Source of the DNA: a virus
Taxonomy: Duplodnaviria; Caudoviricetes
Direction: 5' to 3' (one strand)
IMG/VR virus record: IMGVR_UViG_3300042197_000988
Coordinates: 1 to 56,438 of that record
DNA length: 56,438 bases
The notes under the pieces were generated by a model. That model worked only from the letters and a program-made list of their open reading frames with translations, did no database searches and was not told where the DNA came from. Positions 1 to 13,487 of the stretch are shown here, piece by piece; the stretch's first letter is position 1, and each line of letters begins with the position of its first letter. The position numbers and the translations under genes are program-made.

Positions 1-1778
<1,778 letters not shown>

Positions 1779-1790
1779 TTGATTTTTGTC

Positions 1791-3602
<1,812 letters not shown>

Positions 3603-3627
3603 CCACGATCACCGTTGCTTCTGGCGG

Positions 3628-4941
3628 CTATTTGCCAGCCAGCCTCGCAAGAGCCTTCGATGCGTTTGCTTTCACCCCTGGCGTCGCCCTAACGAACCAA
3701 GTCCCGCAGACGCCGGTTTCCAGTTGCGCGCCTGAAAACACTTCGTCGACTACGAGCTTTACACCCCAGAGCTTTCGCTTTGACTCAAACGGATGGTTGT
3801 AGTCGTGGCCACCGATCCATCCGCCGTCCTTGACCTTCGGGAGCCAGCAAGTCAAGTCTTCTATGACGGCTTCCTTCGTGTGCTCGGCGTCGATGTAGGC
3901 CATGTCAAGGCTGCGATCCTCTATTTTCGTTGAAGCGCCGACGCTTGTGTTTCGAAGCACCTTTCGGTCGTACTTTTCAGTCAACCTCGACGCTCGCTCG
4001 AAGACCCGCTCCCACTGATCGCTAGTTAGCCTCGCTGCGAGATCGCCGCTTTTTTTGTACCGCTCATTTGCAACCCCCCACTGATCGACCAAGAACGCTC
4101 TAGTGTTTGGCCTCCTTGTAAAAACCCCAAGCGAGCAATATCCGTCAGCGACGCCCACCTCTGCCCACACGTCTCGCTCTCCGAGCCTTTGCGCGATTTC
4201 ATCGCAAGGGGCTTTCTCCCACATTGTTTGCTTGATCCGCTCTCCTCGCTTCACCTTTCCGGTGAAGTGATAGATGTACCCATTCATGTATCCTGTGCAG
4301 TATTCTTCGCGGATGTGCCGCTGGTGTGCGGCCACGATGTTCCATGTATGCGGAAGCCACGTCTGCGGTACGTCAAGGTTGTGAAGCAGCACAGAGAGCG
4401 AAGCCTGTTCCGGGAGCCGCCACGGCGTCCACTTGGCAGACTCGCCAACCTCGCGCAGTTGCTTGAACAGCGGCCTGTGAATCTTCGTCGAATAAAGAAA
4501 GAATCCTCCGTTTAGGTGCTTTTCGTCATGGCACGGCTTCATCTTCATGTGCCTCGCCCACCCTTGAATGCACATGTCGCGGTGGCGGCTGATCCAGAGC
4601 CCCTTGTATTCGGTGTTGCTTGGCGGCGTGACCAGAAAATCGCGAGGAGGAGGAGTGAACTGGCGAGAAGAAACAACACCAATGTGGTCGTCCGGTACAA
4701 GCCGAAACGGCGAAGGCGCGTCCCACCGGATCAGCATGTCTGCGTCGAGTTGAAGCACACGATCAAAGTCGAGCATCTCCTCGATGGCGAACGCCTTCTG
4801 CCAGAAGTGATGCACCGGGGCAAGCGGTTTCGTGCGCTCGACGAACTCGACGCCCCACCGCTTCGCTGCCTCCTGAAACGACGCCCTTGATCTTGGGTGC
4901 AGGCTTTTTCCGCCGACGTTGAGCACGAGGAGGGCATCCAT
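3628..4941 (-). CDS. GT-A (GT8-like) glycosyltransferase fused to a class I SAM methyltransferase (Methyltransf_24-like)
   Basis: N-terminal LQLDADML (DxD), LNGGFF, PEQASL, HTWN, IYHFTG; C-terminal AEVGVADG, FLVDQW, YIDAEH, VKDGGWIGGHDY; TAATG coupling to the upstream gene. Confidence 0.85.
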   Translation of the reverse strand: MDALLVLNVGGKSLHPRSRASFQEAAKRWGVEFVERTKPLAPVHHFWQKAFAIEEMLDFDRVLQLDADMLIRWDAPSPFRLVPDDHIGVVSSRQFTPPPRDFLVTPPSNTEYKGLWISRHRDMCIQGWARHMKMKPCHDEKHLNGGFFLYSTKIHRPLFKQLREVGESAKWTPWRLPEQASLSVLLHNLDVPQTWLPHTWNIVAAHQRHIREEYCTGYMNGYIYHFTGKVKRGERIKQTMWEKAPCDEIAQRLGERDVWAEVGVADGYCSLGVFTRRPNTRAFLVDQWGVANERYKKSGDLAARLTSDQWERVFERASRLTEKYDRKVLRNTSVGASTKIEDRSLDMAYIDAEHTKEAVIEDLTCWLPKVKDGGWIGGHDYNHPFESKRKLWGVKLVVDEVFSGAQLETGVCGTWFVRATPGVKANASKALARLAGK

Positions 4942-6296
4942 TATTTTCGATCTCCTTTTTTGACGTGCGCGACAGCCATGGCGCACTGTTCTTCACTTGG
5001 GTGCAGGTCGAGAAACTCGACAATCTTGTCAACGACGAGTGCCGGTCGGCTCAAAACGTCCGCGTAGTCGACGGTAAGAACTTGGTTCTTCGGTAGCGAC
5101 GAAATAAACCGAGTCTTCTCTTCCCAGAGCCACTGCTGAACCCGTTCGCACTGCTCGTCGCTCGCGTTGAGCCATCCTTTCGCGGTTCGGCTCCTGCGTT
5201 GCAGGCTGTCGATGGACTCGTGGAGTGGCCTGTTGCAGTGGACTACCTTGAGCCCACTGCCGCAGATGTCCTTGAGCATGCCGCCCATCGCGCAGAGATG
5301 CGGATACTTGCCGCCGACTCGGATGCCTTTCTTTTTCGCTTTCGTGATCCGCCCGTTGATCCAGTTGCGAAGATTGCGGCGGATCTGGTCTGGCTGGTGC
5401 GTGAACCCAGCGGCAGGAAACCGCGCCGCTCGCTCGCAGATCCTCGCAAGGTTTGCCGCCTCGCCGCCGCCGCCGTTGCGGGACTCCCAGCCGACCAACT
5501 TGTCGCCCATGTTGACGCCGAGCTTGTGAAGCATCATGGCGACGCACGAACTGCCGGAGCGGTGCAGCCCAACCACGGCGACAAACTGGCCGCAGTTTGT
5601 GATCGGGGCTGTTTCGTGGACGACAAGGTCGCGGGCTTCTTCTGCGACCCCCGCACGCGTCCACCACCGCTCTCCGGTTTCTTTCCAACTGATGTCAGAG
5701 TGGCCGCTCGCTTGTCCGCAGAGCCACTGCGCCGGAGCGTAGTATCCAGCGGTCGATGCCTTGTGCAACCTGCCGTAGTGGTGGTCGATGTGATTCCTGT
5801 TGACCCAGCCTTGCGTTTCGTTCAGCCAGCGATAAAGCGTCGTGATGCCTTCACGGCCTCGCACCGCGTATGCGTGCGTCCTGTTGATGTTTTGCGCCTG
5901 AACTACAAGCGGGTTGTTCTCGATGATCTTTGCCTTCTTGAGATGCTGCCCACCGATATACGCCTGCACCCAATCGTTTGGCAGTGCCTCCAGGTATCTC
6001 GCCGCCGCTTCACTGAAGTTGCTGCAGAATGTGGCGTCATCCTCGAAGATCAAGACGCTGTTGATGCCCCGATTCAGCGCGTCTTCGAGGATGTTGACGT
6101 GCGACCTGTAGCAGCCCCACGCCCCGCCGCCCTGCCGCCACCACTCCGGGTGCTTGCAGAGGCGGCCATCGACGGCCCTGACGACTTCCACTTCGCGGAA
6201 CGGCCAGTTTGCTGGCATGCGTTTCATGAACGCATCCAGCCTGTCGTGACGGCGCTCGAGAGATATTACGACGACTCGTTCGAAGAAGTCTTTCAT
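4941..6296 (-). CDS. GT25 family glycosyltransferase fused to a PAPS-dependent sulfotransferase domain
   Basis: VISLERRHDR, AVDG, GCYRSH, LIFEDDA, THAY (GT25); VVGLHRSGSS (5'-PSB loop), KYPHL, NRPLHESIDS, VDYADVL (sulfotransferase). Confidence 0.85.
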   Translation of the reverse strand: MKDFFERVVVISLERRHDRLDAFMKRMPANWPFREVEVVRAVDGRLCKHPEWWRQGGGAWGCYRSHVNILEDALNRGINSVLIFEDDATFCSNFSEAAARYLEALPNDWVQAYIGGQHLKKAKIIENNPLVVQAQNINRTHAYAVRGREGITTLYRWLNETQGWVNRNHIDHHYGRLHKASTAGYYAPAQWLCGQASGHSDISWKETGERWWTRAGVAEEARDLVVHETAPITNCGQFVAVVGLHRSGSSCVAMMLHKLGVNMGDKLVGWESRNGGGGEAANLARICERAARFPAAGFTHQPDQIRRNLRNWINGRITKAKKKGIRVGGKYPHLCAMGGMLKDICGSGLKVVHCNRPLHESIDSLQRRSRTAKGWLNASDEQCERVQQWLWEEKTRFISSLPKNQVLTVDYADVLSRPALVVDKIVEFLDLHPSEEQCAMAVAHVKKGDRK

Positions 6297-6305
6297 CTCG
6301 CCTTG

Positions 6306-7010
6306 CTAGCTTCCGCCGCTGCCGCAGCACTCTCTGGCTTCGATCTTGGTCTTCTCAACCTGCAGGTCGCCGTCTTCGCACGTCACGTCCGTGACAACCT
6401 CGACTTCATTCAAACACTCGACGCAATCCTGTGAGCCTGCCGACGCACTCGACCGCCAACTGCCTGACGGCGATCCTGAGTCATCTCCGCTTGCAGAAGC
6501 AGAGGATGGCTCCTGCCCGCACGCCGCCGCCGCGCACGGCAGAAATCCCACGAGTTCCCAGACGCCAGCCGCCCCGCAGGAGTATTCCGGCTCTGAGTCG
6601 GTGAAAGACACCCACCGTGCAAGGCAGTATGTGCCAGCCGCGATAACTGCGTTCCGGCGTTCGCCGAGCGTCAGGTTGTAGATTCGCGCACTGCCGAGAT
6701 GGTCAAAAATCGTGACGTCCGGTTCCGGTTCGTCGAGATCGACCAAATCCATCCGCAGGTCGCCCTGCCCGCAGCACACCGGCTGAACTCGTGAAGCCGT
6801 TGCCGTCTGGCAAGGATTCATCGGGCTGGTCAGCCTGAAGTACCGAAACGGGCGATGCGGCTGCGAGACGTGCGCACCGAACGTGACCGGCCCTTGGTCG
6901 CGGTTGCCCGCCTCGACACGCCGTACCGCCTTGCCGATGCGTTCTGCGGCAGCCTTGGTAAATGAGACACGCTGCGGTCGCGCTGGCTTTCCGTCCGGCT
7001 TTTGAGCCAT
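6306..7010 (-). CDS. Putative tail-tip/fibre adaptor protein with Cys pairs and a Ser-rich patch
   Basis: Position after the tail genes; C-terminal VEVVTDVTCEDGDLQVEK fibre-like motif. Confidence 0.55.
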   Translation of the reverse strand: MAQKPDGKPARPQRVSFTKAAAERIGKAVRRVEAGNRDQGPVTFGAHVSQPHRPFRYFRLTSPMNPCQTATASRVQPVCCGQGDLRMDLVDLDEPEPDVTIFDHLGSARIYNLTLGERRNAVIAAGTYCLARWVSFTDSEPEYSCGAAGVWELVGFLPCAAAACGQEPSSASASGDDSGSPSGSWRSSASAGSQDCVECLNEVEVVTDVTCEDGDLQVEKTKIEARECCGSGGS

Positions 7011-7037
7011 GTGATCACTTTTGTCGTACAGCGCAAT

Positions 7038-7160
7038 TCAGTGGGCGACCAGGGCGGCAATCAGCGAACGCAAGAGCCAGACGCCGAACATGCCGCTCGC
7101 CATGCCAGCCGGGATGGCGGCGATCAGCAGAGCGGCGGCAAAGGCGTCATTCGACATCAT
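7038..7160 (-). CDS. Small hydrophobic protein (40 aa)
   Basis: Manual translation MMSNDAFAAALLIAAIPAGMASGMFGVWLLRSLIAALVAH; start overlaps the upstream stop. Confidence 0.5.
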   Translation of the reverse strand: MMSNDAFAAALLIAAIPAGMASGMFGVWLLRSLIAALVAH

Positions 7161-8020
7161 GTGATCGCCCACTTCGCCATGAGGTAGCCAATCACTGCGT
7201 TTCGTTGGGCGGCGGTCAGCGTCGCGCTATAGATAATAACTTCGCAAATGTCGCCTTGAAAAAACTCTACGACAGACGCGCTAGAGGCGTCATTTACACC
7301 CAACGATACCTTCTGGTGAAGGGACGGCGTATCCGCTGGGCCATTGATGCCTGCTACCGGCGTCGCAAGGTTTTTGAATGAATAGCAGCCTCCAAGCGAG
7401 TCAACATAATACCCAGCAACAAGCAGTTCGTTCAATGAAAACTGGGGGCGGTCGCCAGTTGCTGGAAGGACTGCGCCGCCGCTGGCGTTTCGCACAAAAC
7501 CGGCAAGGCTAGGAAAAGTTGAACCGGCAGAAAAAATAACTAAACCGTGTCGATCCTCGTTAGTATGGCTGGCTGTAAAATCACCATAACTGATTGTTAG
7601 GGCCGGATTGCTTTTGGCGGCTGTCGTGGCTGCTACGACCAAAACAGTCATGTCTAATATGTCTAAGGATGATATCGCCCCTGTGTTTAGGCGGTCATTT
7701 GTCCCATCAAACCGCAGTGCATCCAATCCACCCCGCACCGCTAACTTCCGCTGCGGCCCGTTCGTCGCCTCTGTCGCGTGTCGGTTGTTGCCGCTCTTGT
7801 CCTCCCACCGTTTGACCGTGCCATCCGCCGCGACGAGCGAGCCGCCAGAGGTGGCGTCGAAAAGCGTTTCGGCGTCGGATGCGTCTAACCACAGTTGTAG
7901 GCCAGTTATTGTGCTTGGCGAAAACCCCGGCATGCGAACGTAGGCGGATACTGATCCAGCGTAGATTTTTTCTACGGCGACCGATCCGAGGAACAACAGC
8001 TTCGCACCAAGAACTGCCAT
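7157..8020 (-). CDS. LamG/ConA-like jelly-roll lectin domain protein, putative receptor-binding protein
   Basis: LQLWLDASD, WEDKSGNNRHA, LRFDGTND, GDICEVIIY...GYLMAKW pattern. Confidence 0.8.
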   Translation of the reverse strand: MAVLGAKLLFLGSVAVEKIYAGSVSAYVRMPGFSPSTITGLQLWLDASDAETLFDATSGGSLVAADGTVKRWEDKSGNNRHATEATNGPQRKLAVRGGLDALRFDGTNDRLNTGAISSLDILDMTVLVVAATTAAKSNPALTISYGDFTASHTNEDRHGLVIFSAGSTFPSLAGFVRNASGGAVLPATGDRPQFSLNELLVAGYYVDSLGGCYSFKNLATPVAGINGPADTPSLHQKVSLGVNDASSASVVEFFQGDICEVIIYSATLTAAQRNAVIGYLMAKWAIT

Positions 8021-8271
8021 TATTCTGTGATCACATAGAGGGTGTTGGCGTCAGGGGTGGCAATCGCGTCGTACTCGGCTTGCGTGAGCCTGCGGATCGC
8101 TTCTACGTTTCCAGTGTTTGCGACCGCCGGATCTCCGGTTGCCGTCGCAAGCGCGACGATATCGCCCAGTGTGAGTTTTTCGGTGGCCGTTCCCGCTGCG
8201 TTCGTTGCCGGAACGATGGCGTTCGGGTCGGCGATGCCCACCGGAAGTTCGGAGATTTTGACGTCATTCAT
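8020..8271 (-). CDS. Small tail fibre/minor tail protein
   Basis: N-terminal VKISELP and C-terminal LTQAEYDAI...ANTLYVI, both common phage fibre motifs. Confidence 0.7.
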   Translation of the reverse strand: MNDVKISELPVGIADPNAIVPATNAAGTATEKLTLGDIVALATATGDPAVANTGNVEAIRRLTQAEYDAIATPDANTLYVITE

Positions 8272-8282
8272 GCTTGTTACTC

Positions 8283-8510
8283 CTATCGCCGAATCGGCGA
8301 AGCAGTCTCTGTGTTGAGGATGTTCCCAGACTCGTCAAGTATTCGATATGTGACTTCAGTCCATTGTCCTGTTAGGGCAAACGTCCTTCCAGATGCGTCG
8401 GTCAGATAGATCACCGGGCTACTCCCGGCGTCATTCACCGCAAGCTCTCCGGGCTGAAGGCCGGTCGGAACTGATCCCGCCACCGATGAACGCTTGAGTT
8501 GGATCGCCAT
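8283..8510 (-). CDS. Small tail fibre module with Mtd-N-like N-terminus
   Basis: IQLKRS...PTGLQPGELAVN and C-terminal ILDESGNILNTE. Confidence 0.65.
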   Translation of the reverse strand: MAIQLKRSSVAGSVPTGLQPGELAVNDAGSSPVIYLTDASGRTFALTGQWTEVTYRILDESGNILNTETASPIRR

Positions 8511-8528
8511 GATGCTTCCCTTTTGCCG

Positions 8529-9416
8529 TTACGACGGCACCCCGAAATAAGCCGAAAAATTCGCCGTCCTGTGGACTCGCCGTTCTAGGACCAGCGGCGC
8601 ACCGGAGCCCGTGTAGTCCGAGTTGAAGTTGATGCTGCCGTCAGCGTTGAGGGCCATCGGGTTTGCCGATGCGACCCGCTCGCCTTCGCTGTACACGAAG
8701 CACCGTTCCTTCTTGCCGGACAGGCTGTTGATGTAGTTCCAGCCGACGTTCGGAATGAGCAGATTCCAGCCGGACTGCCGGAACGCGAGTTCCGCGGTCA
8801 CTTGCCAGTAGGTGATTTCAACGCCGTTGACGACTTCGGTTGCCTGCTGCCCAGAAATGCCAGAGCACTTCCATGTGTAGGCGGCCCCGCCGAGATACGT
8901 TGCGTTGTTGACGGTGTTCGTCGCGGCCACGGCGTCGGCAAGGGGAAACGACGGTCGGTTTCCAGAGATCGAGGCCCGCAGTTCGCTCTCTTCGGTCATA
9001 GCCCCTTCGAAGAAGTCGCCTGCCGAGTTGATCAAGGCGCGACGGTCGGTGTTGCTTGAGCCGTTGAAGTACGTCAGGGCGGGGACGGCGGCCCCGCCAG
9101 TGGAGAACGACCACACATCTGGCCGCAGCAGCGGATTTGGGTCGGTATCAGAGCCGAGCTCCGGGACTTCGTAGGTGTAGGTGACTTCGGCGTGGTACGG
9201 CGTCGGGGTGCCTTCTGACACCTGCCCGTTGGTGCAACGCAGGTACCCATACTCCGGGTGCGAAGCCCCGTGAAAGATTCCGATCGCCGCAAGGATCGCC
9301 TGCGTGCCGGTCGGGCCGTTCAGCGTGACGGCGTATCGGATCTCGCCGGTCGGGCTTTCGCCGAACTTGTGGCTGAACGTCCTCGGCACGATCTCGCGGT
9401 ACGACAGCACAGCCAT
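8529..9416 (-). CDS. Distal tail/hub-like protein
   Basis: Immediately downstream of, and overlapping, the tape measure gene; beta-rich, 295 aa. Confidence 0.55.
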   Translation of the reverse strand: MAVLSYREIVPRTFSHKFGESPTGEIRYAVTLNGPTGTQAILAAIGIFHGASHPEYGYLRCTNGQVSEGTPTPYHAEVTYTYEVPELGSDTDPNPLLRPDVWSFSTGGAAVPALTYFNGSSNTDRRALINSAGDFFEGAMTEESELRASISGNRPSFPLADAVAATNTVNNATYLGGAAYTWKCSGISGQQATEVVNGVEITYWQVTAELAFRQSGWNLLIPNVGWNYINSLSGKKERCFVYSEGERVASANPMALNADGSINFNSDYTGSGAPLVLERRVHRTANFSAYFGVPS

Positions 9417-12400
9417 CAGCCAGCCCCCACGATTTCTACGGTGCCGCCGATGCGGTCGATGCCCTGCTGAATCTTCCTGAGTTCGGCCAGTTGCTTCCGG
9501 TACTCCTCCACAGCGGGGTCGGTTCGCCCTGTCGCCATCGCCAAAAACTGGGACGCACCTTCTGACGTCCGCAGGTCGGTGATTTGCAGGGGCTCCTGCG
9601 AGACCCGCGACAGTGCCTCAAGGCGAGCCTCGTCCATCGCGGCTCGCTTCTCGGCGTACTGCTCTTCCAGTTTGGCGACTTCCTGCGCCTGCCTGACCCG
9701 CTCGTCAAAGACTTTCTTGGCCTCGTTCGCCGCCTCTTGGAACTGCTCAGGGTCGATGAGTTGCAGTTGCAGGTCGGCTTCCAGTTCGGCGAGCGTGTCT
9801 GCAAACTGCGTTGCTGCCTGCTGGCCGAGCGGCCCGAGGTCAACGGCCGATGCCAGCGACTCCTCGATGTCGGCACGCACCTTCTCGATCGCTTTCGTTG
9901 CGTCTGCCGCCGTGAACCCGAAGTCCACTTGGTCTTGGGCCGCCGCCTGCGCCTGATCCAGCAGCCCCAGTTGCCGCAGCAGCGACTGTTCGGCGGCCTT
10001 GTCGCCGTTGGCCCGTGCTTCGACGATGGCATCCTGCGTTTCTTCGATCTGCCGTGAGATCGCCAGCAGCGTTTCCTGTGCGTCGGTCGCAGCCTTCGAC
10101 TCGATGATGCCCTGCGACTGCATGAACGCCTCGGCCCGCTTGCGGTCTGCTTCTGCGGCTTTCGCTGCGGCGTCAGCCTGCTTCTGGGCGGCCTTCTCCG
10201 CTTCGTCTGCGGCCTTTCGCTGGGCTTCTGCTTGTGCCTCCAGCGACGCGATGTTCTGCTCGAACGCAGCCTTCTGCTGCTCGACGGCACGCTTCGCCTC
10301 TTCCTGTGTCAGTTCGCCCTCTTCGAGCAAAATGGCGATGTCTTCTAGTGCTTTCTGGTACTGGAGTGCCGCCTGAAAGCCAGCGTCACCGAACTCTGAC
10401 GCAGCCTTGGCGGCATCGCCAAGTTCCTTGGCAAACTGCGTCGAAGCCAGCGTCGGCTCCGACATATCGACGCCGACCTCAATCGGGTTGTCCTCAACGT
10501 CGCTCTTGATACCGAGCCAGTTCTCGGCGAACTCGACGACCCGCAGGATGAACCCGCCGACCCCCGCGATCACCGACTTGATTCCTTCCCAGATGCCGTT
10601 GAATGCACCGACAATCGCGGAGGCTACGCCCTCGACGAGAGCCCCGATTCCAGTGAACTCAAGAAACGTCTCGACGACGCCCCCGACCGCACCTGCGACT
10701 TGAGAAAACCCTTCGGCTACCCATGAGCCGATGTTCTCGAAGACCGTTTGGAAGATCACACCGATGCGTTCAATAATGTCGATGACCGGCTGGAACGACT
10801 CAAGGAAGTTGGAGCCGACGCCCTGCACCTGCTCAACGAGGTAGGTGATCCCGTCTGCGATCAGCGACAGTGGCGTCCATGACATAATGAACTCCGTGAC
10901 CGCGACGCTTGTGTCTACAAGCCATTGCGTGACGCCCAGCAGCCCTTCCGTGATGCCGTTGCCAACCGAACCAAGAGCCTGAGCGAACTCGCCGATGGGC
11001 GACAAGAGTGTGCCGATAACGCGACCGATGCCTCCCAAAATGATGGCAAAGAACTCGATCGTCTGGCCGATGCCGGTCAACACAGGCTCCAGAACCTGCA
11101 TGATCGGTCGCACGATGGCCGTCACGCCTGCGGTGACTTCGGCGATGGAGTCCGCGAGCCCCGATCCGATGCCAGCAAACGGGGCAATAAGGTTCTGCGC
11201 GAGCCCACGGCCAGCCGTGCTCAGGCGGTCCATTGAGTTGCCGAACTCGTCGAGCCGCACCTTCTCGATGTCCGTCATCGTGGCGTAGAACCGCTTCAAG
11301 TCTTTGTCCGCTGTGGCGACCGCCAGGAACGTCGGGATAAGGTCAGCCCCAGACTTCCCGAAGATTGATGTGGCGGCTGCTGCTCGTGCGGCTGGGTCTT
11401 CAATGGACGTCAGTGCTTCTGCCGTCTTCTTGAAAACTTCTTCTGGCGACAGGGAGTTGAGTTCATCAACACTGATTCCGACTCTTGCAAACGCCTCGAC
11501 AGCCCCCTTGCTTCCGCTGCGTGCGGCGTCGATCGCCTTCAGCGATTTCGTGAATGCCGTGCCGAGCGCGTCGATCGACGCGCCGGAACGCTGGGCCGCT
11601 GTTTCCAGTGTCTGGATAAACTCGAACGACGTGCCGAGTTTTGCCGCTTGGTTGCCGAGCCCCTCGACGCGATCTTCAAGGTCGATCAGCGACCGGCCGA
11701 TCGCGACTGCACCGGCCGCGAACCCCGCCACCGCAGCGAGCCCCACGGTGAACGGGTTGACCAGCCCCGCGACCGCCGTGCCGATGTTGCCAAGGCCAGC
11801 CGTGAGCCCACCAGAGAACACCTTCGAGAGCCCTTCGCCAGCACTGGCAAGCCCCGAAAGGCGTCCGGCGACATTGCCGATCGGCCCCGGGATCACTGCC
11901 AGCACTCCAGACAGTTCGTTGAATTGGAGCGTGGCCCCGGCCCCGGCTTTGTCGGCGACCGCGTCGTACTTGGCTGCAGCGACCTCGGCCTTGGCGAAGT
12001 TTGCTGCTGCCTTCTGGACCGCCGCGTTGAACGTCTCCTGCGAGATGCGACCGCCACGCAGGTGGGCTTCAAGTTCGGCGATCTCTTGGTCGTAGATTTG
12101 CGTCGGCGTCAGGTTCGCCTTCGTTATGTCGGCGGCGCGCTTGACGGCAGCGGCCATCTCATCTTCGGCTTTCTTCGCCCGTGCCGTCTCGCCGGTGACA
12201 TCAGCGATCGCTCTGGCGTGCGTCTCTGCTGAGATCACGCCGTCTTCGAGTTGCTTGTCCAACTTCGAGACAGCTGCCGCCATCCGCTCTTCTTCGGTCG
12301 CGTACTTAGCCGTGACCGCCTCGCCTTCGCGAAGAGCCGCTGCATGTGCCTTCTCTGCCTCTGCGGCTGCCGCGCTTGCTCCAGTGATGTCAGCCATTGC

Positions 12401-12817
12401 GCGGGCGTGCGTCTCCTTGGAAATCGCCCCCGCCTCTAGTTGCTGGTCGAGTTTCGCAGCAGCTGCCGCCATACGCTCTTGGTCGGTGGCGTACTTGGCC
12501 GTCGTTGCGGCACCGTCCGCAAACACTGCCGCGCTAGACTTTGCCTGCTGTTCGATATCGTTGAGGGCTTGGGCAAACCCCTGAGCGTCAATCAGCCCCT
12601 CCTTGAACGCCGAGGTCAGCAGGATAATGTCTTGTGCTGCGGCGGCCTGTGCTGCGGCAGCGGCGTCGGATGAGCCTGCGAACTTGTCAAAGAGCGACAC
12701 GATGCCATCGGTGCTCTTTCGCAGGTTCTTGATCTGCTTCTCGGCTTCGGACAGACCGGCAGCCATGCCGCTGGAGTCTGCCGTCAACTTCATTGCTAGG
12801 CCGAGAACAGTCGCCAC
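9416..12817 (-). CDS. Tail tape measure protein (1133 aa)
   Basis: Long Ala/Glu-rich helical protein with repeats and a hydrophobic middle; follows the chaperone pair. Confidence 0.92.
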   Translation of the reverse strand: MATVLGLAMKLTADSSGMAAGLSEAEKQIKNLRKSTDGIVSLFDKFAGSSDAAAAAQAAAAQDIILLTSAFKEGLIDAQGFAQALNDIEQQAKSSAAVFADGAATTAKYATDQERMAAAAAKLDQQLEAGAISKETHARAMADITGASAAAAEAEKAHAAALREGEAVTAKYATEEERMAAAVSKLDKQLEDGVISAETHARAIADVTGETARAKKAEDEMAAAVKRAADITKANLTPTQIYDQEIAELEAHLRGGRISQETFNAAVQKAAANFAKAEVAAAKYDAVADKAGAGATLQFNELSGVLAVIPGPIGNVAGRLSGLASAGEGLSKVFSGGLTAGLGNIGTAVAGLVNPFTVGLAAVAGFAAGAVAIGRSLIDLEDRVEGLGNQAAKLGTSFEFIQTLETAAQRSGASIDALGTAFTKSLKAIDAARSGSKGAVEAFARVGISVDELNSLSPEEVFKKTAEALTSIEDPAARAAAATSIFGKSGADLIPTFLAVATADKDLKRFYATMTDIEKVRLDEFGNSMDRLSTAGRGLAQNLIAPFAGIGSGLADSIAEVTAGVTAIVRPIMQVLEPVLTGIGQTIEFFAIILGGIGRVIGTLLSPIGEFAQALGSVGNGITEGLLGVTQWLVDTSVAVTEFIMSWTPLSLIADGITYLVEQVQGVGSNFLESFQPVIDIIERIGVIFQTVFENIGSWVAEGFSQVAGAVGGVVETFLEFTGIGALVEGVASAIVGAFNGIWEGIKSVIAGVGGFILRVVEFAENWLGIKSDVEDNPIEVGVDMSEPTLASTQFAKELGDAAKAASEFGDAGFQAALQYQKALEDIAILLEEGELTQEEAKRAVEQQKAAFEQNIASLEAQAEAQRKAADEAEKAAQKQADAAAKAAEADRKRAEAFMQSQGIIESKAATDAQETLLAISRQIEETQDAIVEARANGDKAAEQSLLRQLGLLDQAQAAAQDQVDFGFTAADATKAIEKVRADIEESLASAVDLGPLGQQAATQFADTLAELEADLQLQLIDPEQFQEAANEAKKVFDERVRQAQEVAKLEEQYAEKRAAMDEARLEALSRVSQEPLQITDLRTSEGASQFLAMATGRTDPAVEEYRKQLAELRKIQQGIDRIGGTVEIVGAG

Positions 12818-12818
12818 G

Positions 12819-13103
12819 TTACGAACCCTCTAAATCTTCCTTCAGGCGTTGCAGTTGTTCGAGCATCTGCTGCTCGTGCTGGGGTGCTCGGTCGATCGGT
12901 ACAAAGTCCTCAGATTTTGGGGTGCGGCCTCGCGGGCAGTACGGCGCGAGTGCTGCACTCGCAAGCAGCCCTGTTTGTCTCCACGGGTCAGGCAGCGGCT
13001 CAAAGTAGCGGTGCATGGCAACCCATTCGGCGAACTCGCGTGCATCCATGCGCTCGCAGAGTTCCCTCACCGTCATCTTCAAGTGGCCCGCGAGCCTGAA
13101 CAT
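12819..13103 (-). CDS. Tail assembly chaperone gpT portion (-1 frameshift extension of the upstream gene)
   Basis: LAGHLKMTVRELCERMDAREFAEW; open in the -1 frame from the slippery site at 13133-13139. Confidence 0.8.
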   Translation of the reverse strand: MFRLAGHLKMTVRELCERMDAREFAEWVAMHRYFEPLPDPWRQTGLLASAALAPYCPRGRTPKSEDFVPIDRAPQHEQQMLEQLQRLKEDLEGS

Positions 13104-13139
13104 GAACCTGCGGGATGGCCGCAGGTTCAGGCTTTTCCC
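13103..13139 (-). promoter_or_regulatory. Programmed -1 frameshift signal: G GGA AAA plus downstream 11-bp hairpin
   Basis: Minus strand reads TTG GGA AAA GCC TGAACCTGCGG-CCATC-CCGCAGGTTCA. Confidence 0.85.
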
Positions 13140-13471
13140 AACTCTTCGACATCAGCCTCCGAGAGTGCGTTGTGTTCCATCGCTTTCTGCCAGAGTCGGC
13201 CCAGCACCTTCGCCGACTTCTTTGACAGTTCGCCGATCTCCGCGTCGGTGAAGAGCCTGTTCCCCTTGTCATCGCAGAGGCATCGCGCCAAGAACTTCGA
13301 CCGGAAGTTCTCCACGCCTTTGTTCTTGTTGAGCACCCAGTCGTTTTCGTAGGCATCTCGCTCGCCGCACGACATGACGCGAACAAACACCGAGCCGCCC
13401 CACTCGGGAACGGACACTTCAGCGAGGCGGCAATCGTCGGCTGCGAGAATCTGTTGCTTGGTCAGGCTCAT
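13127..13471 (-). CDS. Tail assembly chaperone gpG-like
   Basis: VPEWGGSVFVRVMS...LCDDKGNRLF; ends ELGKA at the slippery site. Confidence 0.85.
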   Translation of the reverse strand: MSLTKQQILAADDCRLAEVSVPEWGGSVFVRVMSCGERDAYENDWVLNKNKGVENFRSKFLARCLCDDKGNRLFTDAEIGELSKKSAKVLGRLWQKAMEHNALSEADVEELGKA

Positions 13472-13487
13472 GCGTGGCTTTCTTGGT

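Noticed and set aside
11950-12520. Internal ~60-aa repeats in the tape measure protein
   Set aside because: Ordinary for tape measure proteins
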